Shown: positions 25,798-39,357 of the stretch, piece after piece
How positions within the stretch are numbered: position 1 is the stretch's first letter
How the letters are laid out: each line of letters starts with the position of its first letter
Assembly (NCBI RefSeq): GCF_036365525.1
Contig: NC_090378.1
Location: 118,281,593-118,345,592 of the forward strand
Source: Heterodontus francisci
Taxonomy: Eukaryota
Direction of reading: 5' to 3'
Length of the DNA stretch: 64,000 bases
Translations under genes and position numbers: made by a program
The notes under the pieces: generated by a model
The model's database searches: none
What the model was told of the DNA's origin: nothing
Seen by the model: the letters and a program-made list of their open reading frames with translations, nothing else

Positions 25798-26862
25798 AGT
25801 CCAGATGGAGCTGCCCTGGTACAGAACACAATGTCCAGATGGAGCTGCCCTGGGGGAGAACACAATGTCAAGATGAAGCTGCCCTGGGGGAGAACACAAT
25901 GTCCAGATGGAGCTGCCCTGGGACGGAACACAATGTCCAGATGGAGCTGCTCTGGGACAGAACACAATGTCCAGATGGAGCTGCCCTGGGACAGAACACA
26001 ATGTCCAGATGGAGCTGCCCTGGGACAGAACACAATGTCAAGATGAAGCTGCCCTGGGGGAGAACACAATGTCAAGATGAAGCTGCCCTGGGGGAGAACA
26101 CAATGTCCAGATGGAGCTGCCCTGGGACGGAACACAATGTCCAGATGGAGCTGCTATGGGACAGAACACAATGTCCAGATGGAGCTGCCCTGGGACAGAA
26201 CACAATGTCCAGATGGAGCTGCCCTGGGGGAGAACACAATGTCCAGATGGAGCTGCCCTGGGGGAGAACACAATGTCCAGATGGAAATGCCCTGGGACAG
26301 AACACAATGTCCAGATGGAGCTGCCCTGGGGAAGAACACAATGTCCAGATGGAGCTGCCCTGGGACAGAACACAATGTCCAGATGGAGCTGTCCTGGGGA
26401 AGAACACAATGTCCAGATGGAGCTGCTCTGGGACAGAACACAATGTCCAGATGGAGCTGCTCTGGGACAGAACACAATGTCTAGATGGAGCTGCCCTGGG
26501 GAAGAACACAATGTCCAGATGGAGCTGCCCTGGGGAAGAACACAATGTCCAGATGGAGCTGCCCTGGGGAAGAACACAATGTCCAGTTGGAGCTGCCCTG
26601 GGGGTGAACACAATGTCCAGATGGAGCTGCCCTGGGGGTGAACACAATGTCCAGATGGAGCTGCCCTGGGACGGAACACAATGTCCAGATGGAGCTGTCC
26701 TGGGACGGAACACAATGTCCAGATGGAGCTGCCCTGGGACGGAACACAATGTCCAGATGGAGCTGCCCTGGGACGGAACACAATGTCCAGATGGAGCTGC
26801 CCTGGGGGAGAACACAATGTCCAGATGGAGCTGTCCTGGGGAAGAACACAATGTCCAGATGG
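25798..26862 (+). repeat. 34-bp minisatellite, about 31 copies; consensus gtccagatggagctgccctgggacagaacacaat
   Basis: Direct periodicity; translations repeat every 34 aa (three units). Confidence 0.97.
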
Positions 26863-29580
26863 ACCCGGCCCAGTGGCAGGTGTACAAAGAGAAGAAGGGC
26901 GCGCTGAGGGACCTGCAGCTCGTAGAGTCCGAGGCGTGTACATGAGGTCGTGGATCCAGATACTGGAAGATTTGGACCACGCATGACCCTTCTTCTACTC
27001 GCTGGAAAAATGGCAGGGCGTCATTAAGCAGCTTGTTGAGCTGCTGTCTGATGACGGATCTTCCATCACGAATCCGGAGGGAATGGGCCTCCTGGTCCGC
27101 ACCTATTACAGTGTGTTATTCTCTCCGGATCCATCCAACGACGATGCAAGCAGAGTTTTGTGGGAGGACCTGCCGCAGGTCAGCCCGGACGGTGCCAAAG
27201 GATTGGAGACCCCTCTCACGTTGGTGCCCTGCACCAGCTCGCGAAGGGCAACTCCCTGGGGCTGGATGGGCTGACCGTGGAGTTCCTCAGGATGTTCTGG
27301 GACATCCTGGGGGACGATTATGCATGGGTTCTGGGGGACGATTACGTGTGGGTGTTGGTGGAAATGCAGGCGACCGGCGAGATGCCCCTCTCGTGGTGCA
27401 GGTCGGTCATCGTCCTGCTGCTGAAGAGGCGCAATCTCCACTTGCTTAAAGTCCGGTCTCCGTCCTCAGTACCAGCCTGGGCTCTGTGCTGGCCCACATG
27501 ATCCACCCCGACCAGTTCTACAATATTCCGGGCCGGTCCATCCAGGACAACATCCTCCTCGTCCGAGACCTGATCCAGCTTTTCCAGAGGATTGCTCTGT
27601 TGATCGCCTTTCTCTCCCTTGATCAGGAGAAGGCGTTCGACAGGGTGGATCAAGAATACCTTTTCAGGACTCTGCACGCATTCAGATTTGGGCCGCATTT
27701 TGTGGCCCGGGTACGACTTTTATACGTCGCTGCAGAGTGTCTAGTCAAAGTTAACTGGTCCTTGACGGCGCCCCTTCGCTTTGGGAGAGGAGTGCGCCAG
27801 GGATGCCTCATTTCCAGCCAATTGTACACCATCTGTGTGGAGCCATTCCTTTGCTTGCTTCACAGGAGGTTGAAGGGCTGGCCATGTGGGTTGTCCTCTT
27901 GGCTTACGCCGATGACGTGCTCCTCACGATCATAGGTCCCATTGACTTGCGGAGGATGCGTGACTGCCGGCAGACCTTTCCCACGTCCTCCCCAAGGATC
28001 AGTTGGGAGAAATATTCCAGATTCCTGGTGGGTCAGTGGCAGGTCGACTCACTGCCGGAGGAGTTGACACCTTTTGCGTGGAGCACCATGCACCTCCTCT
28101 ATCTGGGACTCCAACTTAGCCCCGCTGAGGAAGCCTGGCCGGCAAACTGGCAGGAATTGGAGGCGAAAGTCACCAGTTGGCTGGGGCGCTGGACAGGACT
28201 GCTCCGAGTGCTTTCCGACAGGGGCCGTGCGCTGGTCATAAACCAACTGGTGGCCTTGATGCTGTGGTATGGTTGGCCATTTTGGCTCCGCCCCCTGCAT
28301 TTGCCACCAAGATCCAGAAGAAGCTTGTCGATTTCTTCTGGGGCAAGAGGAAACACTGGGTCTCTGCTGCGGTCCTGAGTCTCCCAATTGAGGAGGGCGG
28401 CCAGTCGCTGGCGTGCGTCCGGACCCAGGCTGTGAAGCTCCACCTTCAAACCCTGTACGCGGAGCTACCTCCCAGATGGGGTGTGCTGCCAAGGGCACTG
28501 CCTTCAAGACAACACGCAGCTCCCAGTGGAGAACGTTAGCTGTGCCTCTCTGAGGGAGTTGCCTGTCTTTTACCGGGATCTATTCAGAGTCTGGAACATG
28601 GTCGCCTCCAGTCAGCGCGTTCCCTCGTTGGCGGAGGGGAACGCCTCGGCTGTCCTGGTGGCCAGCTCCGGCGATGGACCAATGGGTGAAGGAATAGCTG
28701 AAGCCTCTGGGACGCCCCTCATTGCAGGTTGCGAGGGGACACGGGAGAGCGAAGCGTTCCCAGCAGAACTGAGCCCCATTCGGCGGAACTGCTCATCGGA
28801 CCCAGGCCCCAAAACCATCCTCGGGAGCCGGTCGCGCACAAACCAAGCCGCTTCTTGGAAATGCCCTCTGTGCCATTCCAATCGGCGTGGAGGTGTTTCC
28901 TGTACAGGCTATTCCTGCACACTCTCTACTTCCTTGCCCTCGTCAGCGGGCCGGACACGGCCTGGCAATCCGTGTTGACATCTGGCAGCGAGGGGAAACC
29001 ACAGTGGAGGTCTCTCTAAGCAGGAGTCTTCCCCATTTACATTAGGGACCTGGGGTGGAGGGTGCTGCACAGGGCAGTCCCATGCACTAGTCTTTTAAGT
29101 AGGTTCACGGACCCCCAGGCCGCCTGTAATTTCTGCAGCCTGGACAAGTTTGTGTTCCATGTTTATATGGAATGTGCTAGGTTGCTGCCCCTCTTTGAGT
29201 ATTTGAAGGGGCTGCTCCTCAAGTTTTGGCTGCACTTCAGTCCCACGCTCCTGATCTTTGGCCACCCGGGGCGGAGGGGCGTGGGCCGGGGGAAGGATCT
29301 CCTCATCGGTCTGCTCCTGGGCCTGGCCAAGGTGGCAATTCACAGGTCCAGGCTGCGGACCGTCAGGGGGTCCATCCGCCCTGATTGCCTGCTCCTCTTC
29401 CCAGGTTATGTTCGCGACTGGGTGTCCCTGCAGAAGGAGCAAGCGGTGTCCGCGGGTTCGATCGAGGCCTTCTGCGACCGGTGGTCATCGCAGGGGCTGG
29501 AGTGCATCATCAATGCTGAGAATGGCATTTTAATCAGATTTTTGTTCTATTTATCTGTTTTTAATAAAGTTATTTTATAA
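26863..29580 (+). mobile_element. Degraded 5'-truncated Tx1-like LINE ORF2 (different family from the 14.4-17.7 kb copy)
   Basis: PGLDGLTVEF, IHPDQ..IPGRSIQDN, LSLDQEKAFDRV, GVRQGC, AYADDV, LVINQLVA, LHRAVPC..CNFC; multiple frameshifts; aataaa near 29563. Confidence 0.9.
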
Positions 29581-29667
29581 AATGCATTTTAAAGGGGACC
29601 TGAGGAATAAAGGCCCCCTCAGAAAAATAAAAGGGGCCTGGGGTATAAAGGCTTCCTTCCAAATAAA

Positions 29668-30017
29668 CAAGATGCACTGCAGCAACGCACCAAGTCTCCT
29701 TAGACAGAACCTTCCAAACCCACGACCTCTACCACCAAGAAGGACAAGGGCAGCAAATACATGGGAACAGCACCACCTGTAATTTCCCCTCCAATCCACA
29801 CACCATCCTGACCTGGAAGTATATTGCTGTTCCTTCACTGTCACTGGGTCAAAATCCTGGAACTCCCTTCCTAACAGCACTGTGGGTTCACCTACACCAC
29901 ACGGACTGCAGCAGTTCAAGAAGGCAGCTCACCACCACCTTCTCACGGGCAATTAGGGATGGGCAATAAATGCTGGCCTGGCCAGCGGCACCCACATCCC
30001 AAGAAAGAATTTAAAAA
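29668..30017 (+). mobile_element. 3'-end fragment of the CR1/L2-group family seen at 23748-24875
   Basis: KMHCSNAP.LLRQ.LPNPRPLP; ends gcacccacatccc plus A-rich tail. Confidence 0.8.
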
Positions 30018-31249
30018 ATGTAGATCAAAGCAGATTCCAACAACAGGCCCGAGGGGCTGAATGGCCTCCTTCAGTGTTGAGTGATTCTCGGATTCGATGG
30101 TAAAAGCTGATGACATCAATGGAAAGTAGTGACAGAAAAATTACAACATCGATCAGGTAAATATTCCTGACTCAGAGGGGAATATGTTTGGAATAATAAG
30201 GAAAACAAGGAAACAGAGGGAAAACCGTTGGAATTATTCAGATTACAGTTTGGAGCCATGATGAGAGAGATAAAGTAGCCAAGGGAAAGCTTCACTGGGA
30301 GAGTTCAGGTATCAGAGGTTCGGGCTTTCCACAGGTAATGACCCCCTCGCTCTCAAAATCATCATCATCACCATCTCCTCAAAAAATCCACACTCAACCA
30401 ATGTGTCCTTGTAAACTACCCCATCACTAATCTCCCTTTCCTCTCCAAAGTGTGAATGTATTTTTGCCTCATTACTCTGTGCCCATTTTCCCCAGACTTC
30501 CCTCTTTGAATCTGTCCAATCAGGTGGATGGGGCTGGATTTTCATATCGGGGGCAGGAAATGGACGTCGGGACTGTTTCCGGGTCCCAAACCCGTCCCTG
30601 GGGGGGAAACAGAAATGAGTTCCGGGTTTCACAGTGGTGACCAGTTAATTAATGCAGGAACGGGGGTTTTGGGGGGCAGCTCAAGTGTGAGTCCAATTTA
30701 AACTCACCACGGCAGCCATTCCTGTGGCCGCTGTTTGAGTGCTCATACTGCAGAGTGGGAGAACACAGAGCACTTGATTTACATAATGGTCCAGCAAAGC
30801 CAGAGGCCTGGCTGCCTTCCCGCTGGTCACATGGCCACCCAATTGTCTGTGGCAGCCTCGCCCCCTGTTCTTCTGCCCTCACGATGCCAAGAGGGTGACG
30901 ATCCTCTCCACTGCCCAATCACTCACAGCCCACTCCAGCCCAATGGAGAGTGATGTCCTCGGGACTTAGTGAGGTTTAGCCGAGTTTAGGATGAGATATG
31001 TGAGACTGAGACTGCAGGCTGTTAAACACAAAGGCTTCTTCTTTATTCTGTTTTATTTCCACTTTCCCTTTGCTAGCCTGTGTGTTCTGCAGTGGCTTCA
31101 AGTTAACAAAATGTACAATGCAATTTCAAAACACTGCAACACGACATTCCTCCCCTTCTCAGTAAATGAGAGATGTAGTATGTGTCAATGGTTTGTTTCC
31201 AAAAATGTAAAGTATAAACTTACACATAAATAGTTCACTTCGTTAGATA

Positions 31250-32390
31250 GTCACCTATGTATGATGGGCATTTTCTCTCACAAGTAGGATATTGTCTGAC
31301 ATCAGGTGAAGTCTCATTTAACTCATGTTTCTTGTGATAATTTGTGAATCGTGCTCAGCAGTGATCATTGATCCTTTTGTGTTGGTCACAACAAATGGTT
31401 GGATGTTATAAGGGGTTGTTTGTTTTCCAACATGACCATCACGTTTCACAAGTACTTTATCTCCTGGTTTTAGTGGTGTAGCCTCGAAGTTTCATGTTTC
31501 GTTCTGCATTTACCTTCAATCTATCCTTCTGATATCGATCGTGTTGATGTATATGTTGATCATTATCTCCGTAGGGTAATTGAGGAAGACGTGTGCACAG
31601 AGGATGTGTAAAGTTGAGAGTAACTGGAGGTTTTCCAGTAGTTGAGTTTGGAGTCACTCTGTAATTATGAAGAAAGTGATATAACTCTTGCTCCCATGAC
31701 TTGTTCACAGCTGTAGCTGTCCGTATCACTATTTTCAAGGTTCACATAAATGTCTCGACTTCTCCATTAGCTCTTGGCCAATGGGGTGTGATTTCCCTAT
31801 GAGTGAACACTAGGTAGTTTGTGAATTTACTGAACTCATTGCTGTTGAATGGGGGTTCATTGTCACTTCTTACTGTTTGAGGGATTCCAAACAAGGTAAA
31901 GATCTGGTCAAGCTTTGGAATCACTGCTTTTGTTGGAGTTGACTTAACTAATTCCACGATTGGGAATCTGCTGTAGTCGTCAGTGACAACAAGCAGGTGT
32001 TCACCTGTGGGTAAATCTGTGAAATCAACACTGACACAATCCCTGGTCCTGGAGGTAGTTCAGACATCACGAGAGGATCATGAAGATTTGACATTGTGGG
32101 TAGTTGACATGGTAAACACTGATTGATTTTATCACTGCCATGCAGTTCATTCCTGGAACCCAAACCATTTGCCTAAGGAGTTGTTTGCTATTGACTATTC
32201 CCTGGTGTCCTTTATCAACAGCACATTCTCTTAATGAGTGTGGAATGACCATACAGTTGTTGTGTAATATGAGATCAGATGTAGTTGTAACAGTGAGCTC
32301 ATTTCGAACATTGGTGTGAAGATCTTGTAGTGTGTCAGAATTAATCTGTAGACATTTCTCGATCACGTCTTTCCAGTTTCGTGATTTGAT
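31250..32390 (-). mobile_element. Gypsy/Ty3-type LTR retrotransposon integrase remnant
   Basis: GHQGIV.SKQLLRQMVW.PG (zinc-finger region), FGIPQTVRSDN..PF.S.EF, HWPRANGEVE, FLHNYRVTPNSTTGK. Confidence 0.85.
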
Positions 32391-32392
32391 AG

Positions 32393-33352
32393 CAGGGATG
32401 TCCAACCTTTTCGTGTCAGGGGCCAGATTACAATTTTTACCCTCCAGTAGGGGGCCAGTGAGAACATTTCGGACGATAAAGGCATTAAAAATGTATCCTT
32501 GTATGAAAACTATAACAAATGTGCATTTTTATGAAGAAGCTTTAAATGAGAAGTAATTTATTGACTTACTTTCTCATTACTATGTTGAACATTGATTTAG
32601 TGACCTACCTGACATTATTTTTGCTTGCATTAATACTCAATCTCTGCCCACACACTTGACGTAGCGATGCAGTGTATTCCAGAATGATGTCCATGTGTCA
32701 GAGAGATATTGATCTTTCTTCCTCTCTCCTCTTGCTCTCTGTCTCTCTCTGTCTCTCTTTACCCCCTCCATCTCTCTCTCCCCCTCTCAGTCCCACCCTC
32801 TCCCCTACCTCTGTCTCCCCACTCTCTCTATCAGTCTCCCTCTGTCTGTCCCACTATCCCCTCTCTCTGTCTCTCTCTCTCCCTCTCTCTCTGCCCCTTC
32901 TTTCTCTTACTCCCTGCTCTCTTTCTCTGTTTGTCTCTCACTCCCTCCTCCTCACTGCCTGCTCCCCAGTCCCTGATCCCTGCTCCCCACCCTCCACTTC
33001 CCACTCTCCACTGCCCACTCTCCACTGCCCACTCTCCTCTCCCCACTACCCACACTCCACTCCCCACTCCACGCTCTCCACTCCCCACTGTCCGTTCTCC
33101 AATCCCCACTCCACGCTCTACTCCACGCTTTCCACTCCCCGCTCTCCAATCCCGGCTCCCCTGTCTCTGCTGCCCATTCCCCATCTGTTCATTCTCCATC
33201 AATGTGGATTCCAGAGACAGGATGTGAATGACACTCTCCCGCTGGGCACAGCCACGTTGTGTGGGTCGGGGATCCTCACAAAAATAGAGCTGCCCACCGA
33301 AGTGCTTTGCAGGGCTGAAGTCTGGCCCGTGGGCCGTATGCTGGAAAACCAT
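32393..33352. mobile_element. hAT (Charlie-like) non-autonomous DNA transposon remnant enclosing CT-rich and (ccactc)n low-complexity tracts
   Basis: Left end cagggatgtccaacctt..ggggccagatt; right end tctggcccgtgggccgtatgctggaaaacc resembles the Charlie-type TIR; TSD not clear. Confidence 0.5.
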
Positions 33353-33449
33353 ATTCTAATTCTTCACCTCCAAGTGTCAAAGTAAGGCCTTTTTCCTTGT
33401 GACGTCTGTGATAGTGAAACGTGCCATTGCATCTTCAAAACGTAGCAGC

Positions 33450-35404
33450 CACACCTACAGACAGTACTGGGTAACACACTCAAACTCAGAGATACACACC
33501 TACAGACAGTACTGGGTAACACACTCAAACTCAGAGATACACACCTACAGACAGTACTGGGTAACACACTCAAACTCAGAGATACACACCTACAGACAGT
33601 ACTGGGTAACACACTCAAACTCAGAGACACACACCTACAGACAGTACTGGGTAACACACTCAAACTCAGAGATACACACCTACAGACAGTACTGGGTAAC
33701 ACACTCAAACTCAGAGACACACACCTGCAGACAGTACTGGGTAACACACTCACACTCAGAGACACACACCTACAGACAGTACTGGGTAACACACTCACAC
33801 TCAGAGACACACACCTACAGACAGTACTGGGTAACACACTCAAACTCAGAGACACACACCTACAGACAGTACTGGGTAACACACCCACACTCAGAGACAC
33901 ACACCTACAGACAGTACTGGGTAACACACCCACACTCAGAGACACACACCTACAGACAGTACTGGGTAACACACCCACACTCAGAGACACACACCTACAG
34001 ACAGTACTGGGTAACACACCCACACTCAGAGACACACACCTACAGACAGTACTGGGTAACACACCCACACTCAGAGACACACACCTACAGACAGTACTGG
34101 GTAACACACCCACACTCAGAAACACACACCTACAGACAGTACTGGGTAACACACTCAAACTCAGAGACACACACCTACAGACAGTACTGGGTAACACACT
34201 CAAACTCAGAGATACACACCGACAGACAGTACTGGGTAACACACTCAAACTCAGAGACACACACCTGCAGACAGTACTGGGTAACACACTCACACTCAGA
34301 GACACACACCTACAGACAGTACTGGGTAACACACTCACACTCAGAGACACACACCTACAGACAGTACTGGGTAACACACTCAAACTCAGAGACACACACC
34401 TACAGACAGTACTGGGTAACACACCCACACTCAGAGACACACACCTACAGACAGTACTGGGTAACACACCCACACTCAGAGACACACACCTACAGACAGT
34501 ACTGGGTAACACACCCACACTCAGAGATACACACCTCCAGACAGAACTGGGTAACACACCCACACTCAGAGATACACACCTACAGACAGTACTGGGTAAC
34601 ACACCCACACTCAGAGATACACACCTACAGACAGAACTGGGTAACACACCCACACTCAGAGATACACACCTACAGACAGTACTGGGTAACACACCCACAC
34701 TCAGAGATACACACCTCCAGACAGAACATTGTAACACACCCACACTCAGAGATACACACCTACCGACAGAACTGGGTAACTCACCCACAATCAGAGATAC
34801 ACACCTATAGACAGTACTGGGTAACACACTCAAACTCAGAGACACACACCTACAGACAGTACTGGGTAACACACCCACACTCAGAAACACACACCTACAG
34901 ACAGTACAGGCTAACACACCCAAACTCAGAGATACACACCTCCAGACAGAACTGGGTAGCACACCCACACTCAGAGATACACACCTACCGACAGAACTGG
35001 GTAACTCACCCACAATCAGAGATACACACCTGCAGACAGTACTGGGTAACACACTCAAACTCAGAGACACACACCTACAGACAGTACTGGGTAACACACT
35101 CAAACTCAGAGACACACACCTACAGACAGTACTGGGTAACACACCCACACTCAGAGACACACACCTGCAGACAGTACTGTTTAACACACCCACACTCAGA
35201 GACACACACCTGCAGACAGTACTGGGTAAGACACATACTCAGAGACACGCACCTACAGACTGTACTGGGTAACACACCCACACTCAGAGACACACACCTG
35301 CAGACAGTACTGGGTAACAGACCCATACTCAGAGGAACCCACCAAATGACTGCACTGTGTAATACACACATACTTAGACGTACACACCTACTGAGAGTAC
35401 TGGA
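33450..35404 (+). repeat. 45-bp minisatellite, sub-array A (acacctacagacagtactgggtaacacac[tc]ca[ac]actcagaga[tc]ac)
   Basis: Direct periodicity; 15-aa repeat [15 protein letters not shown]. Confidence 0.97.
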
Positions 35405-35835
35405 TAGCTATGAAGAGAGACTGGATAGGCTAGGGTTGTTTTCCTTAGAGCAGAGAAGGCTGATGGAGGACCTGATTGAGGTATATAAAATTATGAGGTG
35501 CATTGATAGGATAGATAGGAAGAAACCTTTTGCCTTAGTGGAGGGGTCAATAACCAGTGTGCATAGATTGAAGCTAAGAGGCAGGAGGCTTAGAGGAAAA
35601 GAATTTTCACCCAGAGGGTGGTGCGAATCTGGAACGCACTGCCTGAAGACTTGGTAGAGGCAGGAACCCTCACAACATTTAAGATGTATTTAGATGAGCA
35701 CTTGAAATGCCATAGCATACAAGGCTACGGGCCAAGTGCCAGAAAATGTGATTAGAATAGATAGGTGCTTGATGGTTGGCAAAGACACGATGGGCTGAAG
35801 GGCCTGGTTCTGTGCTGTATAACTCTATGATTCTA
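35405..35835 (+). mobile_element. CR1 3'-end fragment inserted in the 45-bp array
   Basis: SYEERLDRLGLFSLEQRRL..DLIEVYKI; tail ..ctgtataactctatgattcta. Confidence 0.9.
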
Positions 35836-37262
35836 TAACACACCCACACTCAGACTCACACACCTACAGAGAGTACTGGGTAACCCACACACACTCAGAG
35901 ACACACACCTACAGACAGGACAGGGTAACCCACACACACTCAGACACACACACCAACAGACAGTACTGGGTAACCCACACACACTCAGAGACACACACCT
36001 ACAGACAGGACAGGGTAACCCACACACACTCAGACACACACACCTACAGACAGTACTGGGTAACCCACACACACTCAGACACACACACCTACAGACAGTA
36101 CTGGGTAACCCACACACACTCAGACACACATACCTACAGACAGGACAGGGTAACCCACACACACTCAGACACACACACTTACAGACAGTACAGGGTAACC
36201 CACACACACTCAGACACACACACCTACAGACAGTACTGGGTTACCCACACACACTCAGACACACACATCTACAGACAGTACAGGGTAACCCACACACACT
36301 CAGATACACACACCTACAGACAGTACAGGGTAACCCACACACACTCAGACACACACACCTACAGACAGTACTGGGTAACCCACACACACTCAGACACACA
36401 CACTGACATACAGTCCTGGGTAACCCACACACACTCAGAGACACACACCTACAGACAGGACAGGGTAACCCACACACACTCAGACACACACACCTACAGA
36501 CAGTACTGGGTAACCCACACACACTCAGACACACACACCTACAGACAGTACTGGGTAACCCACACACACTCAGACACACATACCTACAGACAGGACAGGG
36601 TAACCCACACACACCAGACACACACACTTACAGACAGTACAGGGTAACCCACACACACTCAGACACACACACCTACAGACAGTACTGGGTTACCCACACA
36701 CACTCAGACACACACATCTACAGACAGTACAGGGTAACCCACACACACTCAGATACACACACCTACAGACAGTACAGGGTAACCCACACACACTCAGACA
36801 CACACACCTACAGACAGTACTGGGTAACCCACACACACTCAGACACACACACTGACATACAGTCCTGGGTAACCCACACACACTCAGACACACACACCTC
36901 CAGACAATACAGGGTAACCCACACACACTCAGAGACACACACCTACAGACAGGACAGGGTAACCCACACACACTCAGACACACACACCTACAGACAGTAC
37001 TGTGTAACCCACACACACGCAGACACACACACCTACAGACAGTATTGGGTAACCCACACACACTCAGACACACACACCGACATACAGTACTGGGTAACCC
37101 ACACATACTCAGACACACACACCTACAGACAGTACAGGGTAACCCACACACACTCAGACACACAAACCTACAGACATTACAGGGTAACCCACACACACGC
37201 AGACACACACACCTACAGACAGTATTGGGTAACCCACACACACTCCGAAACACACACCTACA
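35836..37262 (+). repeat. 45-bp minisatellite, sub-array B (ggtaacccacacacactcagacacacacacctacagacagtac[ta]g)
   Basis: Same period as sub-array A but with diagnostic differences. Confidence 0.97.
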
Positions 37263-37790
37263 GGATGTAAATGTGTTGGAATCAGTTCAGAGAAGGTTTA
37301 TTAGACTAATACTTGGAATGTGCAGGTTTTCCTCTGAGGAAAGGTTGGACAGGTGAGGTTTATATCCACTGGAGTTTAGAAGAGTAAGAGGTGACTTGAT
37401 GGAGACATATAAGATTCCTGAGGGGTTTTGACAGGGTGGATGTGGAAAGGTTGTTTCTTCTTGTTGAAGAAACTAGAACTTGGGGTCACTATTTAAAAAT
37501 AAGGTGTCACCCATTTAATACAGAGTTGAGAATTCTTTTATTTCCAAGGGTCGTGACTCTTTGGAACTCTCTTTCTCAAAAGGCGATGGAAGCAGAGTCT
37601 ATAAATATTTTTAAGGCAGAGGTGGATAGATTCTTGATAAGCAAGGGGGTGAAAGGTTATCATGGGTAGGAGGGAATGTGGTGTTGAGATTACAATCAGA
37701 TCAGCCATGATCTTATTGAATGGTGGAGCAGGTTCGAGGGGCCGAGTGGCCTACTCCTGCTCCTAATTCATATGTTTGTATTTATGTTTG
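37263..37790 (+). mobile_element. CR1 3'-end fragment
   Basis: DVNVLESVQRRFIRLI, RVVTLWNSL; CR1 3'UTR ..ggcctactcctgctcctaattc with (tatgtt)-like tail. Confidence 0.85.
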
Positions 37791-38031
37791 TAATCAAATC
37801 TTATGCTAATGTGCTATTGATTGAGAGTTCAACCAGCCAATCATTAGAATCACTTGCTGAAATACAGCCAATCAACTGACAGGAATGTGGGACATTTCCA
37901 AAGTACTCCCGAGACATTTACTGAATATTCTTAATGTTTATTACCTTTTACAGATTTACATTTACAGTAAAAAGACTTGAATAAACAGCTCAGTGAGAGG
38001 AAGCTGGAGAAATTCACAGGGAGAATGAAGG

Positions 38032-38037
38032 TTTATT
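38032..38037 (-). terminator. Candidate polyadenylation signal (AATAAA) of the Ig light-chain transcript; second candidate at 37937-37942
   Basis: tttatt on the plus strand about 500 bp 3' of the C-exon stop. Confidence 0.6.
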
Positions 38038-38231
38038 AAAACAGTTGTGGAGATTTTCTCAATAACATGAGAATCCTGTCGCTTTAAACAGAGACTAAAC
38101 TTTAAATTGTAACTGCAGGGTGAGCAGGAAGGAGGTCTGGTTTACTGAGCGGTGACTTCTGAGGTTCATATTATTTTAGCTCAGCTGACAGTCTTCAGCA
38201 TCTTAGAGAGGTTTTACTTGGCATCACGAGT

Positions 38232-38377
38232 CTACATTGTCCAATCAAACACTCCCAGGGCAGGTACAGTACGGGTTAGATACAGAGTAAAGCCCCCTCT
38301 ACATTGTCCAATCAAACGCTCCCAGGGCAGGTACAGTACGGGTTAGATACAGAGAAAAGCCCCCTCTACACTGTCCC
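38232..38377. repeat. 67-bp tandem repeat, about 2.2 copies, in the Ig C 3'UTR
   Basis: ctaca[tc]tgtcc starts at 38232, 38299 and 38366. Confidence 0.85.
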
Positions 38378-38533
38378 AATTTAGTGCCTTGACCCCTGAT
38401 CCTCAGAGGTGTCTCAGACCCAGTCACGAGAAGGAAGAGAGTTGAAATTCCGTGCTGACAATGACCTTTATCCTCCCAGCTCACCCCTGTTATATTTAAA
38501 GTTGTATCTCCTCTGCGGACTGTCTCTAACATT

Positions 38534-38862
38534 CTACACACATTCTGATCTGCTCACACTCTTACTGAGGGGAGAGGACAGGGTCTCGTGGGTGAGGGCA
38601 CAGGAGAAGCGGGCGTTGGACTCCCAGTCAGAGCCAGAGAGGGTCAGCAGGCTGCTGACACTGTAGGTGCTGTCCGAAGCTCGCAGGTAATTGCTGGTCT
38701 GAACTCCGGCCGAAATGGCTGCACCGTCCTTCTTCCACTCCACCCCCACTTCATCGGGATAGAAGTGATCGGCAAGGCACACCAGGGTGGCAGTGCCCTT
38801 GGCCTTGACCTCCTCCGGCGAGGGGGGCATCAGGGTCAGTGTGGGTTGAGACTTCTCTCGGC
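38534..38862 (-). CDS. IGKC: Immunoglobulin light-chain constant exon, kappa class (cartilaginous fish type III/NS4-like)
   Basis: Polypyrimidine tract plus ttcag acceptor at 38863-38880, phase 1; (S)REKSQPTLTLMPPSPEEVKAKGTATLVCLADHFYPDEVGVEWKKDG...DSTYSVSSLLTLSGSDWESNARFSCALTHETLSSPLSKSVSRSECV*; both Ig Cys, the Trp and the terminal interchain Cys are intact. Confidence 0.96.
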
Positions 38863-38974
38863 CTGAAAGAGAAGAGAAAAACTGTTAATCACTGCATGTT
38901 TGTGTATTTCTGTGTTCTATTTGTATATTTTTTGCTCTCTGTATATATTTGTGTGTTTTATGTATATATTTGTG

Positions 38975-39357
38975 ACGCGAATGTTACTTGTTACTTATCA
39001 GCCCAAGCGTGGACAGTGTCCAGGTTTTGCTGCATTTCTAGATAGTCTGTTTCCATTTCTGTGGATTCGCGAATGGTGCTGAAGGTTGTGCAATCATCAG
39101 CGAACATCCCCTCTTCTGACCTTATGGTGGAGGGAAGGTCATTGATGAAGCAGCTGAAGATGGTTGGGCCTAGGACACTATGCTGAGGAACTCCTGCAGT
39201 GACGTCCTGGAGCTGAGATAATTGACCTCCAACAACCACAGCTATCTTCCTTTGCGCTAGGTATGACTCCAAACAGTCGAGAGATTTCCCCCTGATTCAC
39301 ACTGACTCTAGTTTTGCTCGGGCTTCTTGATTCCAGACTCAAATGCTGCCTTGATGA
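38975..39357 (-). mobile_element. CR1/L2-group RT fragment in the J-C intron
   Basis: GVPQHSVLGPTIFSCFINDLP..MFADDCT. Confidence 0.85.

Noticed and set aside
25798-26862. 34-bp unit as an RSS array (CACAATG ... ACAGAACAC)
   Set aside because: The best nonamer (6/9) lies at a 21-nt spacer, not 12 or 23, and there is no V- or J-like flank.
30531-30941. GC-rich segment bounded by gggctgga/tccagccc (similar element at about 46332-47093)
   Set aside because: Possibly a MITE, but the TIR is only 8 bp and no TSD could be confirmed, so it is not called as a feature.
32672-33385. Ser/Pro/Leu-rich ORFs (also 45785-46519 and 47217-47924)
   Set aside because: Translations of CT-rich low-complexity DNA and N gaps.
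33364-35657. 613- and 752-aa ORFs, and a V-FR3-like reading (SEFECVTQYCLQ) of the 45-bp unit
   Set aside because: The ORFs are by-products of a 45-nt period. The resemblance to E-D-x-A-x-Y-Y-C has wrong spacing, lacks the Asp, most units have a stop after YCL, and no RSS is associated.
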